A stretch of 60,052 nt of DNA, counting the filler, from Sphacelaria rigidula (taxonomy: Eukaryota): assembly GCA_964200075.2 (NCBI GenBank). It is 4 parts of 4 records of this genome, joined end to end, with 100 filler letters (N's around TTAATTAATTAA, not from the genome) between each part and the next. Parts side by side here need not be neighbours in the genome. Positions count along the whole stretch, not along the records: positions 45,117 to 60,052 come from CAXNAA020001983.1; 3 more parts are not named here. The stretch is one strand, 5' to 3'. The notes beneath the pieces were generated by a model. The model was not told the DNA's origin. It did no database searches and saw nothing but the letters and a program-made list of their open reading frames with translations. Made by a program: the position numbers and the translations under genes. Of this stretch, positions 48,610 through 60,052 are shown one piece after another. Positions within the stretch are counted from its first letter, which is position 1; the number at the start of each line of letters is the position of its first letter.

Positions 48610-51600
48610 GACCGTCGTCAGGGGCGGCAGCTGGGTGGCGGCTGACTAGGCCTGGTATTTATCGAACAGTCGTAGGAAGAGCAGGAGTTCCGGTTGTTCG
48701 AGCAGCACAAACCTCGGATGAGGAAGATGAAAAAGTGAGCGTCGGATTCTGCGATAGGAGGTGCTGTTTTGTACTCTACTGCTGTGTACTGTACAGCACA
48801 GCCCTGGCAGCCTTCGATGTTTTGTGGGGTGAGATGATTTCGGCGAGGGCAGGACACCCACTGCTGGTACAGTGCGTCGCGATCTCCAGCTGTCCAGTAG
48901 TGATATGTTTCCCAGCTATTGCGCATCGTAAGTACACGCCGCTTTACCGCGCAGTTTCGTTCGTGTGGTAGTGCTTGAGATACACACCGAGCTTGCGAGG
49001 GAAGCTGACGACGCGTTTTCGTGGAGCACATACACCCACCGTATTGTGTGCCTGCTGTGCGCTCTGGAAGGTGTGAACTCAATTAATACAGGTATGGCAA
49101 TCCCATTCGGCGCACCCGTGAAAGGTAGATTCGCAGCGAGCGGGTAGTGCGCTTGGCTGTATCGCGCCGTCACATCGGGGAAACAGTTGAACGCCCTGCT
49201 TTAATCGTCGCACATTGGGGCATGCGATAGTCCTGTATTACCCCTTGAAATCAGGAGCAAGACGCGTGTCTCCTAGTAATCTACTGATTGGCCCTAGATT
49301 GTCTCGTGAAAAATTCCAAGGGCAGTTCGAGTAGAGTATACTCAATTGCGGGGTATTTTGAAAGACGTACTTGAGGTTCTCAAGTTAGGGTAGAGTGTTG
49401 GGAGTCGTACCAAAAAAATACCTGCGAAGCGATTCCTGGAACCCTATCCCCGATTGGTGTACTTTAAGTAAGAGTTTCGACATACCCCGCAATTGAGTTT
49501 ACTCGACTCGACCTACCCTTGAAAATCTCACACCTACTGTTCGACCTTCCGCCCTGCTCTGTTGCATGTTTGCTCGTGCAGGAGATACTGTACGAGGAGT
49601 GCTCGAGGTACGCTGACAAAAATGCCGTTGCTCAGGAAGTGATATTTCAGGTGGGCGATGATGTGCTCGCTCCGTGGGGTGTTGACGACATCATTTCAGT
49701 CTAGTTTCTATACAAGGAATGCGCGCGCGTGTTACGTACTTTTTTAGTTCACAGAGTTCTGATGTCGTGAAGCACGTGGTTGCTCCAGCAACAGTTTTGA
49801 GGCTCAATGCCTTATCGTTCCTGATTTTTGTTTTCTTCATTTTTTCGCCAAGGGAAAAACAACACACAGCGGGGGTTTCTTCCCAATGTGGTACAAAGAA
49901 CACCACCACGCGCTCGAGGTAATTTTTGACACGAAAGCATCGAATCGTTTCACGCGACATTGATCAGTTGTACGCAATTTTACGATATGTTCCAGTACGG
50001 AGTCAGGGAAGAGGGGGGTGCACTCATGATTTTGCATGCCGTAGTCGCAGGATCGTTGACCTCTCATCCCTACAAAGCCGGGCGGGACCGGGCTCGACGG
50101 GGGAGGGGGGGAAGGGGGGGAGGGGTTCATGACAGCGATGTCGGTATCTTCCCCGTTCGGTCTCCAATTTCGTGGTTCCTCAATCTTGTTGGAACACATG
50201 ACCCCATTGTTTCAGGCCTCCTCGTGTCTCGAGAGAGTCTACAAGAGCTCGAACTGAGTCTCTTGCAGACAATTTCATGCATTTTCTGTTGTATTGAAAG
50301 TCAAACTTACGCATGAACGGTACACACCAGAAAGGAGAGAGAGTACGTGGAGGCGATTGCCATATTAAGCGACACGCATCGTGCTCTTAACCCGGAGCTT
50401 GGACAGCGAACCACTCTCTCCAGACTGTTGGCGTTTCCACGACAGTTGTTTTCGCGAGGTCCGTAAACCGGCGGATGTTGTCCTGCTTTGAAACTGTACC
50501 AACAACCCAGATAACCTCAATGGAGCACTTCGAAGAAGTTGTGTCTCGAGCCGGGGGAGCGGACGAATCCGCACCACAAGGATATGAAGACGCTCTGGGC
50601 AGGTGGCGACATCCACACAAGCTCATGATGGTCGAAGTGCACGCCGGCTGGTGTCGCGTGTGCAAGGGCCTCCAGCCCAAACTTCTAAAATTGATGAAAC
50701 AACACCCGGAGGTGCTTTGCTGCAAGATCAACAAAACGGACAATGAGGTATACGTTGGCTCGCATGCACACTGGCCACCTCGAGCCTCATAGTAAGATTA
50801 CGTGCATGCTGTCGTCAGCATGAGTGGGTGGGTGCTGGCTTCAAATGCAACAATGTTATTTTCATGATCTGCAAAGGCAAGCGCATCATCAGTTGCATGG
50901 TGGTACCACCACTCAGCTCCGACAATATCGTGCCGTGACATTCAACCGTAGTAGTATTGCCTGTTACACGCTGGGTAGTTTGCACTAATCGTGCAAATAT
51001 ACAACATAACTCGTGTGTGGTTTCCGGAGCTCGCTGTTTTGAGCAGGTGCTATCAAAATCTCGTGAGTCATGCCGCGATAGCCCCCCCCCCTAGACCAGC
51101 CCCAAAACTGCCTCGAAAAAATCGTCATGCAGCGAATCATAGCTGATTTCAGACTGCATGGAGTGCCTTTCTCATATGGGCGACATTGGCGAAAACTATC
51201 TCAATCGTGGGAGTTCCCAGCCACTCGGTGTGCTCGATTTTTGTCATTTTGTTCTACATGTAGATTTTGCCTCCTCGAACCAGCCACTTTTCTGGGGGGG
51301 GGGCTACCGCGGCATGAGTCTCGTCCGCACTTTGAGCTTGTCTTGTCGAGACAAGAAGCGAAGCGAGAATCGGAAGTAAGCGTCCAAAAGCAACACGTTG
51401 ATTGATCGCCGGGTGGGTCCGTGGCTGCGGCGGCTAATCGACGTCCTGCTTGTGGACGCTTGTTTCGCTCTACGCCCTTTCATTTTCGTCTCGGTAAAAC
51501 ACAGGCTTAGTTAGCATCGTAACCCGCTGACGATATATACACCCTACAGTACCGGATTGGTGTAGCCCTTTTATTGGCGCCCGCGACCTCTTGTTGTTCC

Positions 51601-54518
51601 GAGAGTATGGTCTCTGACAGTCCCGCCAGTTATAGGAGGATGGCGTCAGTGTTGGTGTGGATTGCCCTCAGTAGACCGGGTAGACGCCAAAAAGAACTGC
51701 TCGCGGGTTTCTGTTTCAATTATGAAGAGGGTCCCGCATCGACCATTTTGAGAGCAATCACTCCAGGAACAATGTGCTGGTGATGACCTCCAGAGGTGAT
51801 GCACACCTCTTGATACAATTTTTAAATTTCAGCTCCCCTCAGACCTCAAGTGAGGAGCCCAACATGTACATATTCCCAACTTTTTGTACATTCCGTTTCT
51901 CTTTGTACAGTACGAGCTGGGCCAGCCTAGACACGGATTTAAGCTCTCAAAGCAATATCTCGTCGACACGGACGAGTTGGGCTATGATCCGCATATTGTG
52001 TTAATCGTCTAACCAAGGGGAAGGTGCCCATCTGCTCAAAAGTTTGGGCCCATATTTTCTCGTTGATTAACCCCCATGGCTAGTAATTCCTATACCTAAC
52101 GAAGATAGAGTCTATACTAAAATCTCTATGAATCCCCCAATCGATACATTCAGTGGATGACGACGAATTTTGGTGTGGACATTCCCTTGAGCACGGGGAG
52201 ATGATAGATACCCTCACCTTCACCTAATTCGTAATCTACCTCGAGATATGGCGCACATAAGTTTACGTACTGAAATCAGTATATTACGAGGAGATGCACT
52301 AGATGAACTAAATCTGGATATCGCCTCTCAGTTTTTGAGAGTGATGCTATGAAATATTGTATGGAGAACCGCTAGTGCATCATAGAGCTTAAAAACCAGC
52401 TTTCTCTTTTTTTTCTTTTTCTTTTTTTTCTTTTTTCTCGGGTTTTTGGGGCAGTTTTGAGGAGGAATGAACACTACTTCTGGGCCTCATCTCAATTTTT
52501 TAGCTCAATTTTTAGAATTGTGATTTGAAACTCAGGATAAAGAACCACAGAGGTATGCTGAATGAAAAAAAATGGGGCCTACGTTTTTTTTTATTTCTTG
52601 GGGGAAGAGACTCGGGCGTTCTCGTAAAAAAAGTGGCGGTTTCCATACTACAACGCCCCAAATGAGTGAAAAAAAAAAACTGACCCACTCAGTTTCGTCA
52701 ATTATGCCCTAGCCACGGCCCACACAAAGTTTCAATACACACTGTTCCAAATTTCTCCTGACCTCGTCACTAAACGGCCCATTAACCGGACAATCTTTAG
52801 AGTTGGACCCTGAAATTTGGTATGGGCAATGAATAGGGCACAGTAAAAACAAATACCAGTGCACACAAGATTTTATTTTTATATTTTTCATAAGTTAAGG
52901 GCAATAATCAGTTTTCAGGTTATCAGTAAAATGCCCCTGACTCATGAACGAAAAAAAAAACTTGTGTGCACTGGTTTTTGTTATCATGCCCTATTCTTTG
53001 TCCACACCGAATTTCAGGATCCAACTTTAAATATTGGCCGTACAATGCGCCTGCAAACTACAAATTCACCTCTCGGCTGGCCCAGCTCGTACACGTTTCC
53101 CCAAATATTCGTCTTGCGCACACAGTAGTTTTTCCTCCACTTCTCCAGTGAGTGTCTATCATGTGGATAATGACCACGACTGGATCATGACTTTTTGGAC
53201 ATCACTTCAAGTACGACAATATATATACATTTTTTTAATCAAATCAAATCATTGGAGCTCGGAAATGGTTTGTCTAACCACCATGAACCACTTGAATGGT
53301 GACGCGTACCGCACTCGTTAACCAGTTGAATGATACGTGATGGTTTGGTTATCGAGCGGGGCAGCCGCGAGCCAAAAAGCCCCCCCCCCCCCAGGAGGGC
53401 CCCGCTGAAGGCGCCGTGCCGGAGGCACGTTTTTACGTGATTTGGCCTCACGAGAGCTAAAACATACGTTAAAGTTGAGCCAATTTCAAGGGCTGTATGT
53501 AGCATACGTAGCCGGTAACGGTAAATAATGGTTAGAAACCATTATCCAACAGTCTTATATAGCCATCACCATTGTAATGATAATGACCAGTTACAACTGG
53601 TACCATTTCCGAGCTCTACAAATCATAGCTTTCAAGCCACGACGAGTTGAGCGTCAAAGCCGGTATCGTTGGTATCGCGTCGGTGTCAGCAACGCGCACA
53701 CCAAATTTCAGGACAGGTGAACTTGATCAGCTACGTGTTTTTCTGTAGCAGTACGCCGCCACCTGATCGTATCGGACATGGCGGGATAGTGCAAATGATA
53801 GAAAGTGCTCGACTAGTCGACGAGATCGCGCGGCCCACTCCGGGGAGATTGTACGGTAGCAGGGTACTGTACCTGCTCTTTGTGAAACATCTCGCTGCAG
53901 CTTGGGCTCTTCGCCCATTAGACACACTTTTTCGTCTCGAGTAGGGAGTAGCGGGAATCAATTCTTCGCCTTGTGGAAGTCACACTTTTATCTTCTTTTA
54001 TATATATTGCCTACACCCCCCCGCACCTCATATCAAGCCTTCATCTAACTACTTTTCAGATTGTACCGTCCTCGGGAAGACAGCTATGCCGCTGGCCACG
54101 GCTTGAGCACGAATATCTAACGCGCGGCATATGGGTGACAACGACCTAGCTATTATATGTAGGCATTGTGTCTCCACCAAAAACAACTATTCCGAATCCC
54201 TGAGGAAGAGAAAAAAAAAAGAAACAAGCAAGCGGCCTACTGGCGCGTGGGTGCCTCAAGGGTCACCTTATATTCAAATGTTTGACAACGGAAAAATAAA
54301 TGCGCAATGACGCAGCGCCTGTCCAAAATTGTCGACCTGCCCTACTGAGACAAAAAATTGTACCACTTTTTCACGGCCTCCTGTGTCAGGATTTGGCCGC
54401 GAAGCTTGGCGTGCGCGGACTACCCATGATCATCTTCTACAAGAAAGGAAAACGAATCGACCACTTCACTACAGCGAACATCAACACCATTGAGGAAGCA
54501 ATCAGGGACAACTCCTGA
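48610..54518 (+). CDS. Atypical thioredoxin-like protein (WCRVC active site), probably plastid; first exon not identified
   Basis: Exons 48610-48734 (transit-like, ..VVRAAQTSDEEDEK), 49582-49650 (EILYEEC..EVIFQ), 50511-50747 (ITSMEHFEEVV..LMMVEVHAGWCRVCKGLQPKLLKLMKQHPEVLCCKIN) and 54390-54518 (DLAAKLGVRGLPMIIFYKKGKRIDHF..stop). Phase-consistent; Trx fold with the cis-Pro motif 'LP'. Confidence 0.88.
49313..49525. repeat. Foldback palindrome/MITE ~210 bp in a thioredoxin intron
   Basis: CAAGGG.AG.TCGAGT.GAGTA.ACTCAATTGCGGGGTAT / ATACCCCGCAATTGAGTTTACTCGACTCGACCTACCCTTG. Confidence 0.85.
51070..51315 (+). mobile_element. MITE family A, copy 4 (in thioredoxin intron)
   Basis: ATGCCGCGATAGC(C)n ... 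(G)nCTACCGCGGCAT with the conserved body; GAGTC on both flanks. Confidence 0.8.
52775..53052. repeat. Foldback palindrome ~280 bp in a thioredoxin intron
   Basis: AGTTGGACCCTGAAATTTGGT..GAATAGGGCA..ACCAGTGCACACAAG / CTTGTGTGCACTGGT..TGCCCTATTC..ACCGAATTTCAGGATCCAACT. Confidence 0.85.
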
Positions 54519-54850
54519 AGAGCTAATCTAAATAGCTAGTCCTTTTCAATAACTAGCGAGAAATTTACACTCGGTGAATACGTCCCCAGATACTGGGTAG
54601 CAGGTGTCCCCGACGTAACTGCACTGGTACAGCGGCGAGCCTTTCGTTCGCGCGACCGCAAATCCACCTATCAACGATTGTAGTGTTAGTGTTACTGGTA
54701 CGGTATTAATACGACAGTATTGGCACACAAATGATTAGCTACTACACCACGACACAACGTATAACAAGCCTCCCCCGTAACAAGTGCAATATACATTCGT
54801 TCAGTAAAAAACTATTTAAACACTTGATTCAAAAATGAATAATCTCAGAG

Positions 54851-57800
54851 TCATAATTCTAGTTGGCGCCTACGCGCCCTCGATTCGTCTGAAGTCGCTA
54901 CCGTGGACACCGCATGCCCTAGGCACGGCACATTCGGGTCATAGCTCAGCCTGGAGAGCATTCCCGACGAGAAGCATGTGGCGTGCTGAATCAAGCCAAC
55001 ATCGGCGAGGCACGGCTGCGATGACGTCGCCTGATGTGCCGTTGCTCCGTCCACTATGACGATCGGCGCGAGGCTCATCCTCGCGTGCCCTAGCACCCCT
55101 ATGGCCGACGCCTGCGAAGGCAGGTGATGGAAACGTTGGGGATCGTTGCACGTGAGAATCGTGCTACGTTGTTTCACAGGAGAGTGCGGAGGTTTGGATT
55201 CAGAAAGTAAATTATGCGTAATACCCCGATGTCAGAAAAACACCACGATATAGAACGCGACGACGGATTTCGTTCCTCAGATGGACGAGGAATTTGATGG
55301 GATGATCTTGTATGTCCATCAGCCCGTGTTCACCCACCTGCCGAAGGACAGAATTAACATTTCGGTACTGAGCATACTCTGGCGATATCGAATTGGCGCC
55401 TCGTCATTCACTCTCGCCAAAATACGGGATTGTCAGACCCGCGCACGCGTGGATTGTTTAGAAAAATCGACAATGGACGCAATAGGTCTACCTATACTTT
55501 ACGTGGTACGAAGGACATTTTTGTCTGTTGTCACTATTGACCATATATTGCCCAAGGCGTGGAAAAATGGTACTTTGCTCCATCTTGCACATGCACGCCA
55601 GCGAAAGGTACGTCAGTGCAGACATGTTGAAAATTGAGAATGGTCAGTAGCACACCATCATGCAAAAGTCTCCTTCAAAATGCCCAACAACTACCATGAG
55701 CACCCAGCGACAGCATTAAACGCATTGTACAGCAGTGACGAACACAATCTACAACTGTCGTTGTACTACACAGCAAGTGTTGGTGCTCAACTGCCTAGTG
55801 GTATCCTCAAGTATGTCGCAGTTGTATGCTGGGTGAGATACAAACGTACTGCCTCTTCTACGTTTCTGTTTTCTCCACTTTTCTTGAGCGATTGTTTCCG
55901 TTTTGTTTCACCACGGGTATATCATCCGTCATGCGGATAATAACGGCGACGGAATCCCTGGGGGGATAGTTAATATGCAACGATCAATCTATCAGACAAA
56001 ATATTGACAAAATATTACTGCTCGTTTGGTTTGTTTTGGGAACGCCGTCGACGGCTCGTCCATCCCACGGACGACGCAGTAGACGACACAATCTCCCCTG
56101 TGTTTCACCGTGGGGTAGATACGGCCATCATTAGTGTACTCAATTTGTCAAAACCTCAAGACCATTTCCGGCAAGCACCGATTGATTTGCAAAGATCCAC
56201 GTGACTCGCAGTATGTGCAATATACTTATTTTATAAACGAAAGAAACATACCCAGCCAAAACGGAAGATTGGCTGTCTGTTGACGTAGCTAAGGGTGAAG
56301 GGAATGTTGAGAGCCCTTTACGACTCATTGACATGTTAGCAATAGGTCTCAGCGTGTAGGAAACAACGTGCTCCGGAAGCGTTGCAAGAGTGGGAACTCG
56401 CTTACATGGTCATTGATGCCATCTACTGTGAATCGTAGAGTACAGTACAGCAGGGCCTTTTTCAATTCCTCATGCCATGGTGTATGCCGTAGAGCCGTGC
56501 CAAGGTTGTCGACAAAAACCTACCGTGGTGCACCACGGGGCTTGAGACGGTTGAGATTGACGATTTGTACGAGAGGGGTCATATTCTACGATCGATACGA
56601 AACGTACAAATGAACACCACCGGACACGGTTCCTCGAAGCGCGCTACTATTGGAAAATACCGAGCCATCCACAGCGAGGTGCCTGGTTTGTTGCGGGCTC
56701 GATACCAAACCACCGGGGAATGTGATGCCGCGATAGCCCCCCCCCAGAAAAGTCGCTATGATCTCATGACTATGGCATGCATGATCATGAATACACCCAG
56801 AGAAGTCGCTGGTTTGAGGAGGCAAGCTCTACATGCGGATCAAAATGACGAAAGCCGAGTATAGTACACCGAGCTGCTGGATACTACCACGCTTGGGATC
56901 TTTTTCGTCAGTGTCGTCCTTATGAGGCGCTTCATGCAGTCTGAAACCGTCGATCATGCGCTGTGCGACCATTTTCTTCGTGGCAGTTTGGGGGCGCTGG
57001 TTGGGAGGGGGGGGGGGGGCTATCGCGGCATCACTGCAGGACATCATCACTTTGTAATTTGACGTGTTCATGACGTGGATACCAAGCTATATAATACGAC
57101 CCAACCTTAGTCCCATCAACATACAGACCACGGACCCTCGCCCACAGCGGGGTCCATTAGAGAAAATGACAGTGTAAGGAAGGTGTTTGATGTAATTATG
57201 ACGAAAGAAATGACAACGTCCTGGCATGACTTTCATCGTCCTTGGCCAGTGGGATGTACGTCATTTCTACGGTATGTCAAGGACGCTGCTGGCGGTTTGG
57301 GAGAGTTGGCTTTCTACGCGCATCTCATATGATTGCCGGATGCGTTTGGTCGTCATTTTTGCATCACCATGCTTGTCTGTCAAAAATGAGGCGTCTAACC
57401 CGGGGATACGAGGAGATAATTCTGAAAGCGTCAAGGGGCATCATAGTCTTGTTGATGGTGTGCATACGGTCGTATAATCCTCCGAAATCTTTGCCCCGCA
57501 GGTGTATAGGATATACTCCAATATTGGTCCTGTCAGCGTTTAAGCAGTTCTCAAGTAGGCTGCCGTTACCTCTTGAGTTGCAGCAACACAACTTGATGCC
57601 CAGGTCGAGGAACACACTATGGCGCTCTTCAAATGACCACCCTGCTCGCGCCACAACCCCACCCGAAACTCCGCATTGGCACAAGGACAACGTATTGGGC
57701 ATCCCGAGAAGTTTTTCACACGCTGAGAGGCAGCGTGTGGTACATACCGGTGACACGACGCAGACGTTCCCGAACCCCAGCAACCACGCCTGTTGAAGCT

Positions 57801-58792
57801 CGGTCAAGATCCGAGTTGTTCCATACCCTCGTGGAAGTACAGTCGCCACTACCCCTGCACCGAAGCTTTCTTGCCCCGAGTCCGTTACTCGCTCCAACAA
57901 GGCCTCATCGTCCGTCACCAAGAGGGCCACAATACCCTGTTGCAACAGCGGAGAACACACGGGAGGTGGGTTGAGCTTTACATAATCGCCTAGCATTCGA
58001 GCATCTTTGATCGATTGATATGCTTTGATTGATGATGGCACGTGTTGAACCGATTCCTAAGGGACCCAGCGGTGGTCATAAGATACAAGATACACGTACT
58101 CAAGGTTAACAAAGCGGGAACACCATGAATAGCTACAAGAAACTTGAAGGGGGAAGACAGAAAACAGAACAAGGAAAAAAAAAAGGATGCAGCAAACGGA
58201 GTGAAGTTTACCGCGTGGGAATCGGCGCATAGGAATCCAAGTCACGGATCGACGCAACTGCACATTGTACCTGCACTAAGTACTACAAGTTATAAAGCGC
58301 ATTCGGTGTCAAACGGTTAGCTTCACCACGTACACGAATTGCGCTGTGCATGTACGTGATGATGGTAAACGTAAGCATTTGCCATTCATCGTATGCCCTT
58401 CAAACAGCCGTGAGAGTTGGTCAGTGACCACAAAGTGCGGGCCACTAGAACACATCGAAATACAGGGTACCAGAACGTTAATAACTCGCCACGACACTTG
58501 TCGACAACGGAACGTGCCATATTGGAAAATGATGGCGCGAGCCGGCTGAGGATATCCCATGACTTCACGCCGGAAGCACGGAAGGACACACACACTACAC
58601 TTACGTACGAAACGAATAACTATTTCGTACGTTACTTGAGTGAACGGGCGACATTGCATACCTGTTGCTCAGGCGTGAGATTGCCCTTTGCGCGGTACAC
58701 AGCGTCGCTAGCTTCCTTGAAGAAGCGTTGCTGCTGCTCCTCCGACATGACCCCCGTATCGCTCACGTCGGTGTACACGTCCATCTCGATCC
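54851..58792 (-). CDS. Divergent fucosyltransferase-like glycosyltransferase (GT37/GT23/GT11 superfamily C-terminal domain), 3' part
   Basis: Exons 58792-58662 (GIEMDVYTD..QRFFKEA..), 57936-57748 (GIVALLVTDDEALL..ILTELQQAWLLGFGNVCVVSP) and 55111-54851 (ASAIGVLGHARMSLAPIVIVDG..SSQPCL..stop); GT-AG and phase-consistent. Motif order parallels plant FUT1: GIQVR / VLVTSL / EMYLLSLTDNLVTSAWSTFGYVAQGLGGLKP / SMEPCF. 5' exons are unresolved. Confidence 0.7.
56722..57034 (-). mobile_element. MITE family A, copy 5, carrying a 38-bp insert with a 15-bp duplication
   Basis: GTGATGCCGCGATAGC(C)n ... (G)nCTATCGCGGCATCAC; insert at 56758-56795. Confidence 0.85.
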
Positions 58793-60052
58793 CTGAGAGA
58801 CACGTGAAGAAAATATAAGTTAGCAAAGTCATCGCGTAAGCGAACAGACCGTACAACGGTTCAGAAGGTTGCAAGCACAGTAGAAAATGTTCAGGTGCGC
58901 AATTTGAATCACTACGATAGTGCGTAAGAAGCAGAGCGTTCAGGAGGAGACAAGGCCTCAGACATGAGTGCAGTGATATTTGATGTACCGATCTCATACG
59001 ACAAAAATCAAATGAAGGGAATGATAGGATGGCGGAAGGACTCGGTAGACTTCGGCGTGGCAGACGCGTACACCAAAGGTCCGTCCTACGGTCAAGCAGG
59101 AAATACCTGTTGGTAAGCCAGTCGCATTAAAAATGGGGGGGGAGGGGGGGGGGGGGGAAAAAAAAAAAAAAAAAAAGAAGCGGGAAGCGCAGGGGGCCGG
59201 CTGTGAAAACAACGAAAANNNNNNNNNNGGAGGGTGGGTCGAGGGTGGAGGGTTGGTGTGGTTGCGGTGGGGGGTGGGCGGGGGGGGGGGGGGGGGGGGG
59301 GGGGGGAATCCCACCAAAAATCCAGTGCACACACGCTGCGAACCCGAGTGGCTGACTTTGATACAGTGCATATGTTGTAGATAAGTGATCAAAACTAGCG
59401 ACTTCAAAATCGATATCATGCCATCGAAATTAGGCGGACGAGGATGGGGATGAGGGTGGTAAGGGAGGGGGGGTAAAGACTATACCATCGTGACAACCGG
59501 GCCACCCCGCGGGTTGGAAACGCCAAATGCAAATTTCAACACTTCGACCGACGGGTCTTCGTCAACTGTGACCAACTCCGGTAAGGGCGTTCCGCAACAT
59601 GTTGGACGGACCACCACACCATCAAGGTGGGGTGTAGACGATATTTCCCACGTGTTGAGGAGCATGCCATTAGTTTGTCACGATCCAAAACGGCAGTTGA
59701 CACCCCCTGAGCGCGCTAGGGGAGGTAGTATGATGCTCTCATATCCCGGGCGTCTGTGGTGCGGCTAGTGGCATAAAGGAGCATAACTCATGAGTGCATG
59801 GTGAAGACGTTCCAATGGTGTCCTTCGCGTGTACGGACCCACTGAACTCCGTCCGCGAATGGCAAATGCATGGACTGGTCAAAGGGGGGGATGCAGTGAT
59901 TATCTCCGGGGGAAGGAGGAGTGATCAATCAGTGTGAGACTATTCTAATATCTGTCGCGAGTCAAAGGTTATTGCTATCCCTCTGTTAACCCTTTGGGAA
60001 CGCAAGTGCTGATTCTTGTTTTGTGAATCTGTGAATCGGCATCATTTTGACT

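Noticed and set aside
5334-54518. Redox/stress 'cluster' (CcP, M1PDH, Trx)
   Set aside because: The genes are tens of kb apart, separated by gaps and unrelated genes; no evidence of functional clustering.

Overview
Eukaryotic, intron-rich genomic DNA. It is most likely from a brown alga (Phaeophyceae, Ectocarpus-like); this is inferred from GT-AG multi-exon genes with 0.3-3.6 kb introns, a bipartite signal+plastid transit peptide, an M1PDH-type exon and tRNA-derived SINEs. The window is a scaffold with three 100-bp linker gaps (N44-TTAATTAATTAA-N44) and two 10-N gaps. Genes I could splice together by hand: an 8-exon cytochrome c peroxidase (+, 5334-10771); a divergent Ser/Thr kinase with DMG in place of DFG (+, ~12881-21446); an orphan mannitol-1-phosphate dehydrogenase-like exon (-, 32237-32375); an unknown plastid-targeted protein with a duplicated AITxYRxxYxxFRxGxxxGAKGE motif (-, 40865-42526); an atypical WCRVC thioredoxin (+, 48610-54518); and the 3' part of a divergent GT37/GT23-like fucosyltransferase (-, 54851-58792). 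Several probable first exons of unidentified genes are also present. Non-coding DNA is dense in small mobile elements: a heavily deleted Ty1/copia element with an intact TSD, five copies of one MITE family, a piggyBac-like MITE, SINEs and several foldback palindromes. The most unusual signal is a 38-bp module that recurs at G/C runs and is twice flanked by different 15-bp direct repeats. All calls are by eye; no database searches were run.
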